Origin: the human T2T-CHM13v2.0 reference genome, Homo sapiens
Length of the DNA stretch: 64,000 nt
Assembly: GCF_009914755.1 (NCBI RefSeq)
Contig: NC_060928.1
Direction: 5' to 3' (one strand)
The notes below the pieces were generated by a model that saw only the letters and a program-made list of their open reading frames with translations, did no database searches and was not told the DNA's origin. Position numbers and translations under genes: made by a program. Position 1 is the first letter of the stretch. Each line of letters starts with the position of its first letter. Positions 25,798 to 38,399 of the stretch are shown piece by piece.

Positions 25798-26236
25798 TTA
25801 TATATATACACTATTATATATTTTATATATATACACACACATATGCATGTATATGTATGTATCCACATACCCCACACACTTACACATTATAGTTATTTGT
25901 CACTTAATGACAGTGACATGCTCTGAGAAAGGTATCATTAGATGATTTTGTCATTGTGTAAACATTAGAGTATACGTACAAAAACCTAGATGCTATAATT
26001 CACTACACACAGAGGCTACATGGTATAGTCTGTTGCTCCTAGGTTACAAACTATACAGCATATTACTGTACTGAATATTGTAAGAAATTGTAACACAACG
26101 TTAAGTGTTTATGTATCTAAACATAGAAACAGCAGAAACACAATGTGAAACATTTAAATACTGTACACCTGTGTAGGGCAGCTCCATTATAATCTTCTAA
26201 GATCATCACATATGCAGTTGTTGACTGAAACATCAT
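25798..26236 (+). repeat. Right arm of the long inverted repeat
   Basis: Reverse complement of 21587-22029. Confidence 0.95.
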
Positions 26237-26253
26237 TATGTGGTACATGGCTG
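25890..26253 (+). mobile_element. Tigger3/GOLEM (MER7-type) MITE, complete with both TIRs
   Basis: TA|tagttatttgtcacttaatgac...ctctgagaaa..aaacctagatg..ttgctcctagg..gcagctccattataatct..gaaacatcattatgtggtacatggctg|TA matches the remembered Tigger3 consensus. Confidence 0.85.
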
Positions 26254-26255
26254 TA

Positions 26256-26670
26256 CCTATGTAGGGGCAAGGGGGAAAGAGATAGAAGGATGATTTTAAG
26301 AAATTGGTTCACGCCACTGTGGGAGCTGGCAAGTTCAAAATCTATCAGGCAAGCAAGCAGGCTGAAGATCAGGTGAGAAATAATGCAGTCTTGAGATTGA
26401 AGGCTGGAAATGTAGGCAGGATTTCTATGTTGCAGTCTCTAGGCAGACATCCCTTCTTGTTAGGAAACCTTAGTCTTCACTCTGAAAGTCTTCAACTGAT
26501 TTGACAAGGCCCATCCACATTATGGAGGATAATCTACTTTACTTACTATCAACTGATTGTAAATATTAATCACATCTACAAAGTACCTTCACAGGAACAT
26601 CTAGACTCATGCTTTACCAAACAACTGGTCACCATAGTCTAGCCAAGTTGACACAAAAATTTCGCCCTCA
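26256..26670 (-). mobile_element. MLT2 (ERVL) solo LTR, left end missing
   Basis: 'aagaaattggttcacg...ctggcaagttcaaaatct', 'cttcaactgatt..aaggcccatccacattatggaggataatctacttt', 'tagccaagttgacaca'. Confidence 0.8.
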
Positions 26671-28149
26671 AAGCCACAACTCTGCCAGCTCTCAGAAAGC
26701 CCCTATGATAGATGAAATAAGAAGGCTCTTGGCTTTGAAAATGCCAAATTCTTTCGCCACATTTCCAGACTCTGGCAAGGGGGAGACACATTCTGAGCAA
26801 GAGAATTACCAGTTTGTAAAATGCTGACAAGATGCAAACCAGCCAGGAATGGCCTTCTAACTGGGTGATTCACACATGCAGGGCAGGGCTACCTGGGCAG
26901 CACCTTCTCAGTGCATTCCTGCACCACAGGCGTAGTCCCCCTGACCATGCACCTTGCACCTCCTTGGCAGTGGGGAAAAACCTAACCACAGACGATGAAA
27001 AGGAGCTCTTGTATCATTAGGTGGGACTCTTGCCTCACCTGCCACACCTAGCTAGACCTGGACAGATGGATTCCATTGTCAGGTTGTTGTAAATGTTTTT
27101 CCAGCCCCAAGCCATGCATCCTTTCTGCATAGTTGCATTTTGGTGTCATGGGAAAGAACTCACATACCCTCACATACCCCTTCCTTATGTGGGCCAAGGA
27201 GAAGTGCCTGGAATAGGCTGTGGGAGCCCTGGCCTGGGTGCCCACCTCTCCACAGCCTGGCACTGGCTGAAGCTCTGGCAACACTGCTGAGTTAACGTGA
27301 TGACTGAGTCACACTCCAGCCTGAGAAACCACGCCGTCCTTTTAATATCGTATTTTTCCTTTTTAAACAAGGAATCTGTTGTCTTCTCCAGACATGGAAC
27401 ATCTTTCTACTTTGGAGGTTGCTCACACCCTCATGACTGGAGTCAACTATAGGCTCAGTGCAGGTTGTTTTATTTTTCATTCCCTCATCAGTGAACAATG
27501 AATGCTAGAACCAACCCACAGAGTCCTTGTGACAGTTCCATAACATACTGGAGACAAAGTGCATGACACATAGTGTGTGCTGAACATCTTCTTCCTTCCC
27601 CTTCCCTATCATCTATGCAACATTCTTGCTGCAATGTAACGCCCCATGTATTGTCCCATTGGCTGATAGGACAGCCCCTCGAGACAAGCACTGATGATCC
27701 CTGGCTGGAAGAAGTGGAAACTGGGAGTCAGTTTGCCATCCTCCTGGATTTGGGATGGTAGAAGCACCTGCTTTGTCCCAAATTGATGCATTAGCTAGCA
27801 CACTTGTGCCTTTTTGTTTTGCAATATCCCACAGATTAGGCGAAACAGGGGAAATGGTTGACAGAGAATATAGCAACAACCAACCAGGACAGGCAGGCAA
27901 GAGAGAGCTCTGGGGCTGCTGTGGGTGAGCCCTGGGCACAAAATAGGGCCACAGAAGAGGCCAGAGATACAAAGTTCAGGGCCAGGATTGGAGTGCGTGG
28001 TGCAGGGCAGCTGAGAAGAGGAGTTAAGACCTGAGCCAATGGACAGAGGGGAGAAAGAAAAGGCCACCTTACCCAGGAGGAACTAATTGTATGAGATTCT
28101 ATAAACATGTCATCAGGAGAGAGGAAGGTGGATGGGAGAGGAGCTGCGT

Positions 28150-28890
28150 CAGAAGAAAGGCAGCTCCTCCACCCTGGACACTGTGTCTAAGCCACCATTG
28201 TCTCTTGCCTGGAATATTACAACAGGCTCTCAACGGTCTGCCTGCTTTCAACCTTGACACAACCTTGGCCTCCACAGAGCAGCCAGAGAGACTGTAAAGA
28301 CATGAGGCAGCTGCTCCTCTGCACAAAACCCTGCAGTGACTCTTCCCCAAGAGAACCCAAAGTCCTCACAGAGCCCTTGCAATGCTCTCTGGGGTCCTTA
28401 TGATCTGCCCTTCCCGTGTACTCACTCTACTCCAGCCAAACCAGTCACTGGGCTGGCCACACACACACAGGCACATGCCTGCTGTCTGAGGGCCTCTGCC
28501 CTAGCCACTCCTCCACCAGAAATGCTCTTTCCTCAAACATCCTCTGGGTGAACTCCATTGCCTCCTTCAACCCTGATCATATCCAATATTCTCAATGAAG
28601 TCTATCCAACACATTGGATTTCCTACTGCAAATTTCCCCTGCCCCGCAGTCTCAATTTCCCTTACCTGCTCTTCTTTCTCTTTTTTGTCCATACATATTT
28701 TTTAAAATTTTGTTTACTTTTTATCATCTGTATTTCATTACTAGAATGTAAAAGCCTCTCAAAGGCGGGAACTTTTATCTGCTTTGTTCATGACTGTCTC
28801 TCAAGATCTGAGAATGGTCCCTGGCCAACAGTGGGTGCTCCATAAACATGTGATTAAGGAATGAACGAATGAATGAATGAGCCAATGAAT
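28150..28890 (+). mobile_element. L2 LINE fragment with 3' end
   Basis: L2 motifs ending 'ctagaatgtaa..gtgctccataaac..gaatgaacgaatgaatgaatga'. Confidence 0.7.
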
Positions 28891-28939
28891 AAAAATAGCC
28901 TTGGAACCAGATATATCCTGGTTGTTTTTGCTTTTGTTT

Positions 28940-29406
28940 TATGTAATTTCAACTTTATTTTGGATTCGGGGGTATGTGTGTGCAGTTGTTACCTGGGTAT
29001 ATTGAGTGATGCTGAGGTTTGGAGTACTGAGAATACGACCCAATAGATAGCTTTTAAGTCGTTGTGCCCTCCCTCTCTCCTTTCACTCTCTAGCAGTCCC
29101 AGTGTCTATTGTTGCCACTTTATTCCCATTCGTACCCAATGTTTAGCTCCCACTTATAAGTGAGAATATGTAGTATTTGGTTTTCTATTTCTACGTTCAT
29201 TCACTTAGGGTAATGGCCTCCAGCTGCATCTGTGTTACTGCAAAGGACATTATTTCTTTCTTTTTGTTGTTGGGTAATATTCCATGCTGTAGATATACCA
29301 CATTTTCTTTATCCAATCCACTGCTGATGGGCACCTAGGTTGATTCCATGCCTTTGCTATTGTGAATAGGGTGCCGATGAACATACAAGTGCATGTGTCT
29401 TTTTGT
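28940..29406 (-). mobile_element. L1 (old L1PA/L1PB) 3' end
   Basis: ORF 29250-29435 encodes KDTCTCMFIGTLFTIAKAWNQPRCPS..DWIKKMWYIYSMEYY; 3' UTR 'gtttagctcccacttataagtgagaa'. Confidence 0.9.
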
Positions 29407-30324
29407 AGACCCTGGTTTAAATCCCTACTTTCCACTACCTTTGTGTTTCTCCACTCGGGGAGGTATATTAAACTTTCCTCAGTGGTAGGATTGCTACCTG
29501 CAGTTTTCTGACACTCAGCATGTGTTGTGTTAAAGATTCAACTTTAAGGATAGAGTGTGGAGGTGAAATAGCATTAGAAGGAGTTATCAGGGCCTTGTCT
29601 TCAGATTTAACATCGACAGCAAGTTTGCTGCTACAAAGCTGCTCTTTTGTAAGTAGCAAATTGTTATTTTCCTTGAATTTGTGCTAATATCTGGCTTCTG
29701 GAAAATCTTTGATAAAAGGCAGGAAAAGGAGCCCCTGATACTCATTTCCTGGGGAATCCTTCCCCCAGGAAGGATTATACTCTCCTTATACTATCCAGCC
29801 AGAGTCACCTCTTTGGACTGTCGCTAGAATCCTTCAGAGCAAAGAAAGCAAAAAGGTTTAAAATGGGGGGACGTGGAAAGAGGCTTAAGCAGCTTGGGAG
29901 GAATTCTGCAGAAAGAAATTGACTGTTGTCCTTCCTTCTGAAGCTCCTTTTTGTTGCCCAGTCTGGCTGGAAGCAGCAGGGTCTGAACCTCAGCCAAGGG
30001 ACAAAGGGCTTTTTTGGCTAAGAGAAGTATAATTATGGTCATGATGGGCCAAAACAGGAGGGAAGCATTTTATGGGGTAACAGGGCCTCCCAAATGTCAG
30101 AATTGGTGCCTGCAGGATGTAATTTAATTCTGTAAGCACTTACTAAGCACCTGCTTTGTTCCAGGCATACTCACATGATTAAGAGACAATCCCAGGGCCC
30201 AGAGAATTCCCAAATTACTAGAGGACTCATTCATTCCATTTATTCATTTATTTATTTAATATCTTACTTCTTTGGCCATATAATTCAGTAATTAAGAACA
30301 AAGCCTTGAAATAAGAGAGTCAGG

Positions 30325-31230
30325 TTTATTCATTCATTCAATAAAGATATATTCAGCGCCTACTTAGGGCCCAACACTGTTCACAGCCTTAGAGAGAAAA
30401 AGGCAGACAAAATATAGATCCCTACCCTCAAGGACATTGATTGGTCGGGGCTTGTGGAGGGAGAGAGACAATGAACAATAAGCATAACAAATAAATTGCA
30501 TAGTATGTTAGAAGCTGGCCAGTGCTATGGGAAAAAGAAAACACAGAGCAGGGCCAGGGGCCCAGGAATTTCGAATGCCGTGTTCAATAAGGCTGTCAAG
30601 GTGAACCTCACTGAGAAGCCCACAGGTTAGCAGAGACCAGGAGCAGTGAGAGAGTTGGGCGGGCTTGTGGACATGGCGTAGGGGAGGGAAAGCAATGCAG
30701 AGACAGGGACAGCTAGACACAAGGCCCTAAAGAGAGGCCATGCCTATTCTGTCCAGGGCCAGCGAGGAAGCCCAGGAGGTAGGCAAAGAGTTGGCGGGGG
30801 AGAGTAGTAAGAGAGTTAAGGCTGGGGCAGAGTATGCAGGGCCATAAGGGACATGGTAGGATTTCTGCCTTTACTGAGTGACATGAGTAGCCCTGGCAGG
30901 GTTTTAGAAGACAAGTGCCAGGATCCATCTCATATTTTAACAGAATCACTCTTGCGACTATGGTGGGAATAGACCTTAAGTGTATAAAGCTGGGGGCAGG
31001 GAGACCTACTAGATGGCCGTTGCAGCAATCCTGGGGAGAGGTGACAGCAGTTCAGGCCAAAATAGTAATACTGGAGGTGATGAGAAGTGGCTGAATCCTG
31101 AATGTTTTGAAAGCTGAAACAACTTGCTATGAATTGACTCTAGGGACTCCAAGAGAAAAGGATGAGTTGACGATAAATTGTAAGGTTAGCAGCCTGAGCC
31201 AATCAGGACTATTAAAGAGGTTCATTAAAG
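30325..31230 (-). mobile_element. L2 LINE fragment
   Basis: 'ttcattcattcaataaagatatattcagcgcctact' start and a purine-rich L2 body ('atattttaacagaatcactct'). Confidence 0.7.
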
Positions 31231-31599
31231 TGCGATCTTGAACATGTCTCTAAACTTCCATATTCTTCTTTGTAAAATGGAGAATAATGATATCAACATT
31301 ACAGGGCTGTCATGAGTATTAAAAGAGATAATACAGCAAATCATTTGGCTTGTGAAGAGGGCACATAATAAAGATACAAAACCAACTAATTAATCTGACA
31401 GCATGTTCAAGGCACCAGAACAACACTTTGAGGGATTTTGACAAAGATGGAACATGCATGAGGTAGAATAGGGGGTGACTGAAATGAATAAGGAGACTGC
31501 AGTTTCATTCTCATGACTACTACTCACCACTTTATTACCTTTGGTAAGTCTCTTAGCCTCACTCTACCTCTATTTCTCAATATATAAAACAAGAGGGAA

Positions 31600-31815
31600 G
31601 TTGATCAACATCAAAGATCTACAAGCAAATCCACCATGTGTTTTTGCGAATAAAGTTTTATTGCAACACAGTCATGCTCATTTTTCTATGTATTGTCTAT
31701 GACAGCTCTCATGCTACAACAGCATCATTAAATAGTTATGACAGAGACTGTACAGCCTCCAAAGGTTTAAATTACATCTGGCCAAGTACAGAAAAAGTTT
31801 GCAGGCTCTGGTCTA
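31600..31815. mobile_element. MER58A-like MITE
   Basis: 'aataaagttttattgcaacacagtcatgctcatt...tattgtctatgacagct...tacaacagca...tagttatgacagagac'. Confidence 0.7.
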
Positions 31816-32524
31816 GGTGTTGTTTTTCACATAGTTGTTAGATACAGACATGACATGGCTAGGCATACATGTGCCCATAGACAGAGAGCATGAAATCTTT
31901 TCTTCAGATGAAGTCTTAGCCAGAAGCCTAATATATAACAGAATAAGTGTGGCTCTGGCCTGGTTGATGAGTAGAAGGGGTAGGAGAGATATGAATGGTG
32001 TTGATTCTATCTCAGGCTCTGACTACTCTCACATCCCGGGTCAACCCTGAGGTACCTTCTCTTCATCCTTGGGATGAAACACAGTTTGAAAGACAGCAAT
32101 CTCAGATCATCTCTAGGGGGCTATTCCAGGCCTCTACTTATCTAGGAGACCATGCCAAATAAACTGTATTGATTGGATAACACTTATGGATAACACTTAT
32201 GTTAAAGGTATTAAAACTGTTTTTTCAGTTTTGAGAAATGAACTGAGAAGTTAATTTTATACTGGGTAAGGTCAAAATTCACTTCTTGTTGTGGCAGACA
32301 TTTTCAACTTCGTGAGCTAGAGAGGGGTAGCATTTCCACATTCCTGGCTTCTCCCTAATGACCAATTAGGGTATTAAGTGTCTGCCTATTACTTTGTCTT
32401 AATATAATGGAACCCCTGAACATTTTCAACTTCAATCGATTGTGACTTTTCTAATAAACTTCTATCAGGAAGAATCTTCCCTACTCTAACTTCTACTATT
32501 TTTCTTCAGACTTGGATACCTGTG

Positions 32525-32884
32525 TGTTATAGATTGAATGTTGTGTCCCCTCAAAATTCATATGTTGAAGCCCTAATTCCCAATGTGATGGTATTTGGAG
32601 ATGGAACCTTTGGGAAGTAATTAGAGTTAGATTATTTCATGAGGGTGGGGTCCTTATGTTGGGTTTAGTGTCCTTATTGGAAGAATCAGCAGAGAGCTTG
32701 CTTCCTTTTCCTCTTTCTCTTTGCCATGTGAGGACACAGCGAAGATGGCTGTCTGCACCCCAAGAAGAGAGTCTTCACCAAATCAGCCGTCACCCTGATT
32801 ATGGACTTCTAGCCTCCAGAACGGTGAGAAAATAAATTTCTGTTACGTAAGGCACCCAGTCTATGGTATTTTGTTACTAAGACA
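32525..32884 (+). mobile_element. MLT1A-type MaLR solo LTR
   Basis: 'tgtcccctcaaaattcatatgttgaagccctaa', 'gccatgtgaggacacagc', 'gcctccagaacggtgagaaaataaatttctgtt'. Confidence 0.85.
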
Positions 32885-33757
32885 CTGTACCTCCAGTCCA
32901 ATGAGCTTACCAATTAGTCTCTCACCTCCCCATTCAAATAATCCTTGCAAATCCACATCTCACAAGAAATGTTGCTGATTTAACTGATGCTCTCTCTTTA
33001 ACGCTAGTCCAAAATTGACAACCACCTGTTGGTCAACATCAACAGGCTCTCCCACACAAATATTCTATTACTAATGTCCAAAATAAAATTAACCACCCCC
33101 CATTTCCTTCTCCATACTCATCTTCCCTTCCTCACTTCTACTAATGTCACCATCATTCTCCCAGTCACCTAAATTAGCGCACTTAAGATTCTATTTTATA
33201 CCCCTGACCCTCTGCCCCACAAACACAATCAACAGTATTTATTTTATCTCCATTATACATTTTTGCATTCCTCTCATCTACTTCATTTCTACCATCATTT
33301 TCTAGCTCAAATCTTGGTCACCTCTCCCTTTATTATATTAGTCTTCTAATTCATGTCCCCGGTTTCAATTACTCTCTCTTCAAGTCCTCTTTCACAAGAC
33401 TTCCAGATAAATGCTTTTAACTGCAAATCTGATTATATCACTCCTCTATTCTCCATTGCTGGTATAATAAAGCCAGACATTTGTTTCTCATTTTAACCTG
33501 AATTTGAATTCTATCTACCTTCTTATCTTTAATTCGTACTATTCCTCTTTACATATTTGACATGCAAATTTGAAGGAGATAGTCACTCTCTACTAAACCT
33601 TGCACTTATTTTCCTCTGGCTTCTTCCTGTACTACCTCTTTGAGCTTTGCTGCATGTCCAAATCTTCCAAGGCCCAATCAAGCTCTTTTACTTGATGGAG
33701 TCTCCTCTGGTCCCCTCTCTCTCTCCTTCAAATACTCTCAACATTTTAACATTTACT

Positions 33758-33899
33758 TAAATATATATACACTTATGTATGTGTATATATATATTTATTT
33801 AATATATATTATATATATTTTATATATATAATATATATATTATATATAATATATATATTATATATATATATACACACACACACACATACATACACATAC
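33758..33899. repeat. TA-rich / (CA)n simple repeat
   Basis: Directly visible. Confidence 0.9.
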
Positions 33900-34009
33900 C
33901 ATTCCTATGACAAAAAGAGTCATTATAGGTAATAAATGGTGGGTATTCTAAGTATTATTATCATTTTCATCTATACATGTTTGATATAAAGTGTCTCCTA
34001 ATAACAGAG

Positions 34010-34460
34010 CATGGCAGAGATGGCTTACTCTTCACCCAAAATTTCTGCTCCTTCTTCTACAGAATAGAGCTATCTCTGGTAAGGAGCTGCCCAGCCAGGG
34101 ACTACACTTCCCTTGCCTTTTTGCATCAGTGAGGGACCAACTGACTGGTCTTGCAGTGGAATATGAATATAAGTGATGTATGTCCAGGTGATGGTGATTA
34201 AGATGTGGATGTTGCTTTTCTACTCTCTTGTTTCCTTTCTACTGGCTGGAGGCAGAGAACTCTGAGATCTTAGGAAAATTGCAGAACCCCAAGATGGGGA
34301 GAGTCTGGGTCTCTGAATCACTATTTGAAGGGAAGTTGTCTATGAAGCAGAAACACCCCCATTATATTCTCAACTGAGAAGGAAATAAACTTTTCTTACA
34401 TTAAGCCACCAAAATTTGGGAGTTTATTTGTTAGAGAACTTCGTATTATCTTAATGAACA
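34010..34460 (+). mobile_element. Old MaLR solo LTR (MLT1I/J-like)
   Basis: 'actacacttccc..', 'ctgggtctctgaatcac', 'gaaataaacttt..ttaagccac..atttgggagtttatttgtta'. Confidence 0.6.
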
Positions 34461-35389
34461 GAATATGCTAAATGCTGAAGGTACCAGGGATAAACAATAG
34501 GCAGGTAAAATTTAGAACACAGTCAAAATCTAGCCATTATGAAGATGTAGTTAAAATGTTGAGAGTATTTGAAAGACAGGGAGAGGGGACCAGAGGAGAC
34601 ACCACCAAGTAAAAGAGCTTGATTGGGCCTTGGAAGATTTGGACATGCAGCAAAGCTCAAAGAGGTAGTACAGGAAGAAGCCAGAGGAAAATAACGGCAA
34701 GGTTTCAGCAGAGAGGGACTATCTCCTTGAAATTTTCATGTCAAGTATATAAAGGGGAATAGTGAGAATTAAAGATAAGAAGGTAGACAGAATTCAAATT
34801 TAGGTTGAAATGAGAAAAAAGAGTCTGGCTTTATTATACCAGCAATGGAGAATAGAGGAGTGATATCATCAGATTTGCAGTTAAAGAAAATTTATCTGAA
34901 AGTGTTATGAAAGAGGACTTGAGGAGAGAGTAATTGAACAGGGACATGAATTAGAAGACTAATATAATAAAGGGAGAAGTGACCAAGATATGAGCTAGAA
35001 AATGGGAATAGAAATGAAGTAGATGAGATGAATGCAAAATATATAATGGAGATAGAAAAGTAAATACTGTTGGAAATAATATTTAATATATTATTTCCAA
35101 CACAAAGATATATATAATAAATATAAAATATATTATATAAAATATATAATAAACATAAAATATATTATATAAAATATATAATAAACCTATTATATCACAT
35201 ATTATATATTATTAATATAATATATAATTTATATAATCTAAATAAGATATGATATTGTAGATAATATAATCATATTTATTATTTCCAACACAAATAATGT
35301 AACGATAATTATAATTTAAAGATAATAGTAATTACTTTTGAGATGAGAAAGGTTTGTTTCATAATATTAAGAAATGGTAATTATAAAAG

Positions 35390-35572
35390 TGCCAGGTACA
35401 GTGGCACACATCTGTAGTCCCAGCTACTTGTGAGGCTGAGGCAAGAGGGTCACTTGAGCCCAGAAGTTTGAGGCTATAGTGCTCTATGATCATGTCTGTG
35501 AACAGCCACTGCACTCCAGCTTGGACAACACAGTGAGACCCTGCCTCTAAAAATATTAATAATAATAATAAA
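35390..35572 (+). mobile_element. FAM (fossil Alu monomer)
   Basis: Single monomer carrying the 7SL-derived 'ctgtgaacagccactgcactccagc' segment typical of FAM; (TAA)n tail. Confidence 0.75.
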
Positions 35573-35962
35573 AGCAACACTCATTGAGCATTGATTATAA
35601 AATGGACGAAGGACTTCACATACAAGGTTACTCAAGTTTATAAGTTGTTGAATGAGGTTTTAAACCCAGACCTACCTGTCTCTAAAGACCATGTTTTATC
35701 CATTACTAGTTTAGGCTTTCCTTCGTGTTATAGAGCTAAAATACACAGAACAATAGAAGTTAATATTTAAGGAGTCCTTCCTATTTGCCAGCCTCAAGTT
35801 TATACTTTACGTGTATTATGAAATTTAATCTACAACACACACATACACAAACACACACACGCGTATATACATACATAGGTATGTATACTATGTGTACACA
35901 TACAAATATATGAATATATACATATATCCACATATCTGTGTGTATGTATATTTACATATGTA

Positions 35963-36412
35963 CAGTTTACCCTCGAACAATGTGGGGGCTGGGGATGCTG
36001 ACCCCCCCACATAGTCATAAGTCCCAATATGATTTTTAACTCCCCACAGACTTAACTGCTAATAGCCTACTGTTGACTGGAAGCCTATTGAAAACATAAA
36101 CAGTCAATTAACAAGTATTTTGTATGTTACATGTATTATATACTGTATTCTTACAACATAGGAAGCTAGAGAAAAGAAAATATTATTTAGAAAATTATAA
36201 GAAAGAGAAAATATATGTACTATTCCTTGAGTGTAAGTGGATCATCATAACAGCCTTCATCCTCATTATTTTCATGTTGAGCAGGCTGAGGAGGAGGAGG
36301 ACGGCAAAGACAAAGGGCTAGTCTTACTGTCTCAGGGGTGACAGAGGTGGAAGCAAATTCATATATAAGTGGACTCGCACAGTTCAAATGCACGTTGTTC
36401 AAGGATCAACAG
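35963..36412 (+). mobile_element. Tigger2a (MER28) DNA transposon MITE
   Basis: TIRs CAGTTTACCCTCGAACAA / TTGTTCAAGGATCAACAG with TA flanks; internal 'taatagcctactgttgactggaagcc', 'gttgagcaggctgaggaggagg'. Confidence 0.85.
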
Positions 36413-37653
36413 TATGTATAAGAGAATGATAATCTATAGTGTATATATGTCTGTATATATGTGTATACCATATAGTACCATTATCATGTTCTTTATACAG
36501 ATGAGGAAACTCAAGCCCAGAGAGACTAACTTATTTTTCAAGGTCTCAGTGAGCAAATGGTTCTGCAAATGTGAACTTCGGCAGCTAGAACACTAAGGAC
36601 AAAGGTTTGCCACCTGGTAAGTCTTTGGGTTTGCAGTCCCGTGTGTCTCTGCTGACATGAGACCACGAGGTCATTAAGCACCAGAACTGTGCTGCATTCA
36701 TTATTATATTCCCCGTACCTAACATTGCCTGGCACGCTTCAATAAATACTTGTTGAATGGAACTGACGAAGTTCAGGGAAAATTGTTACCAAAGTAGAAC
36801 TAGCATTTACAGTCTGTGAGATTAGAGGAGGAGTAACAATTTCTGCCAGAAAAAGAAAACAGCCTGGCATTTCAAGAAGCAAATTAAAGTCCACATGTTT
36901 AGTGAACTTCTCAGTGTTTGTCTTCTTGGGAAACTTCTGCATTTCCGGCAGTGGGCCAGCGCTGGAAAACTGCATGCAGTAAGGAGGTCACTCTATCTCA
37001 CCCAGGCTGTCGAGAACAACCTTATAACCCTCTCATTGTGTACCTCTCAGCCAAACACTGCTCAAAGACTCCAGAAACAGAAAAATGCTTTGATTATATT
37101 GGAAGTTTGGTGAATATGTTTGAGAAAGAGTTAAATCCCAGGTCTTCAAAAGTTCATCTTTTATGTTTGAAGCATTAAAAAAAAAATGAGGCCAGTGTGA
37201 AGAAGGTCATAAGATTTCTTAATGAGGTGACCTAGATTCATAAGCATAAAATGAATAATTAAGATTTGTGAGGAGGCATTAGGTAATACAAGGCATGGTC
37301 ATATATAGTATCCAAATTAGACCCAATCCAAATCTTACTTGCTTTTTTTTTTAAGTGAAAGGCAGTGGGTTTGCATTTGGTTGTTGGCTTTTGATTTTGT
37401 TGTTGTCATTGTTGCTGTTATGTTTGTTTTCAAAGAACTGCTATTTAAATTTTCTGTGAAGATGGTATATTGTGTTCACACTTTGTTTCTCTTTTCCAAA
37501 CAATACAACTGACAAAGAAAAATATGCATGTGTGTGGATGCATGCATGCATGTACATGCAAAAAGACATAGGAATAATGGGGGAGAAAAGATGACTTCTA
37601 TCAGATAAGGAAGGGAACAAAGACACAAATGAGTGAGAGAGAATATAATCAAG

Positions 37654-37949
37654 GGCCAGGCATGGTAGCTCACGCCTGTAATCCCAGCACTTTGGGAGGC
37701 CAAGGCGGATGGATCACTTGAGGTCAGGAATTCGAGACCAGCCTGGCCAACATGGCAAAACCCCATCTCTACTAAAAATACAAAAGTTAGCCAGGTGTGG
37801 TGGCACACACCTGTAATCACAGCTACTCAGGAGGCTGAAGCAGGAGAATCACCTGAACCCAGGAAGCAGAGTTTGCAGTGAGCCAAGATCAAACTACTGC
37901 CCTCCAGCCTGGATGACAGAGGTAGACTCCATCTCGAAAGAAAAAAAAA
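37654..37949 (+). mobile_element. AluS SINE
   Basis: Full dimer 'ggccaggcatggtagctcacgcctgtaatccc...' with A tail. Confidence 0.95.
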
Positions 37950-38399
37950 TACAATTTGAGAAATCGAGAATATAGCCAAGAGCCTCCTGGTCTCTGCACC
38001 TGGGGCTCAGCAGTGGGGCAAAGGGTTCAGGTCCCACAGAGTGATTATCATAAAACTTAAGCCATCCAAGATGGACAATCAGGACTAGGCTCACTGCTTA
38101 GAGCTAGTGGCTATACATACAGGGTTTTCCCACTTATAAATAAGGGGGAAAATCCCTGCTTCCCAGCTCTACATGGAGCTATGGATTTTAGCAGGCTTCA
38201 AACCCAAGAGGGACTGGAGGGCACAGTCACTACCTCACAATTAGAAATGGAACCAAGCTGATTTGGAGCCTGGCTTTACAACATTCCCATTATTGTTGTG
38301 TGTGAAACAGGATGTCTGAAATGCTATGGTGAGACCTAGAGACCTATACGGGCCTGAAGGCAAGGGGAAGACAATTTTTAAATCATTGGATAGGACAGA

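Noticed and set aside
21587-26253. Reading the locus as a composite/foldback transposon or as two independent Tigger3 insertions
   Set aside because: The left copy lacks its outer TIR, no TSD flanks the whole unit, and homology extends into non-transposon flank. An inverted duplication explains it better.
32174-32199. 13-bp tandem duplication TGGATAACACTTA x2
   Set aside because: Ordinary slippage duplication.
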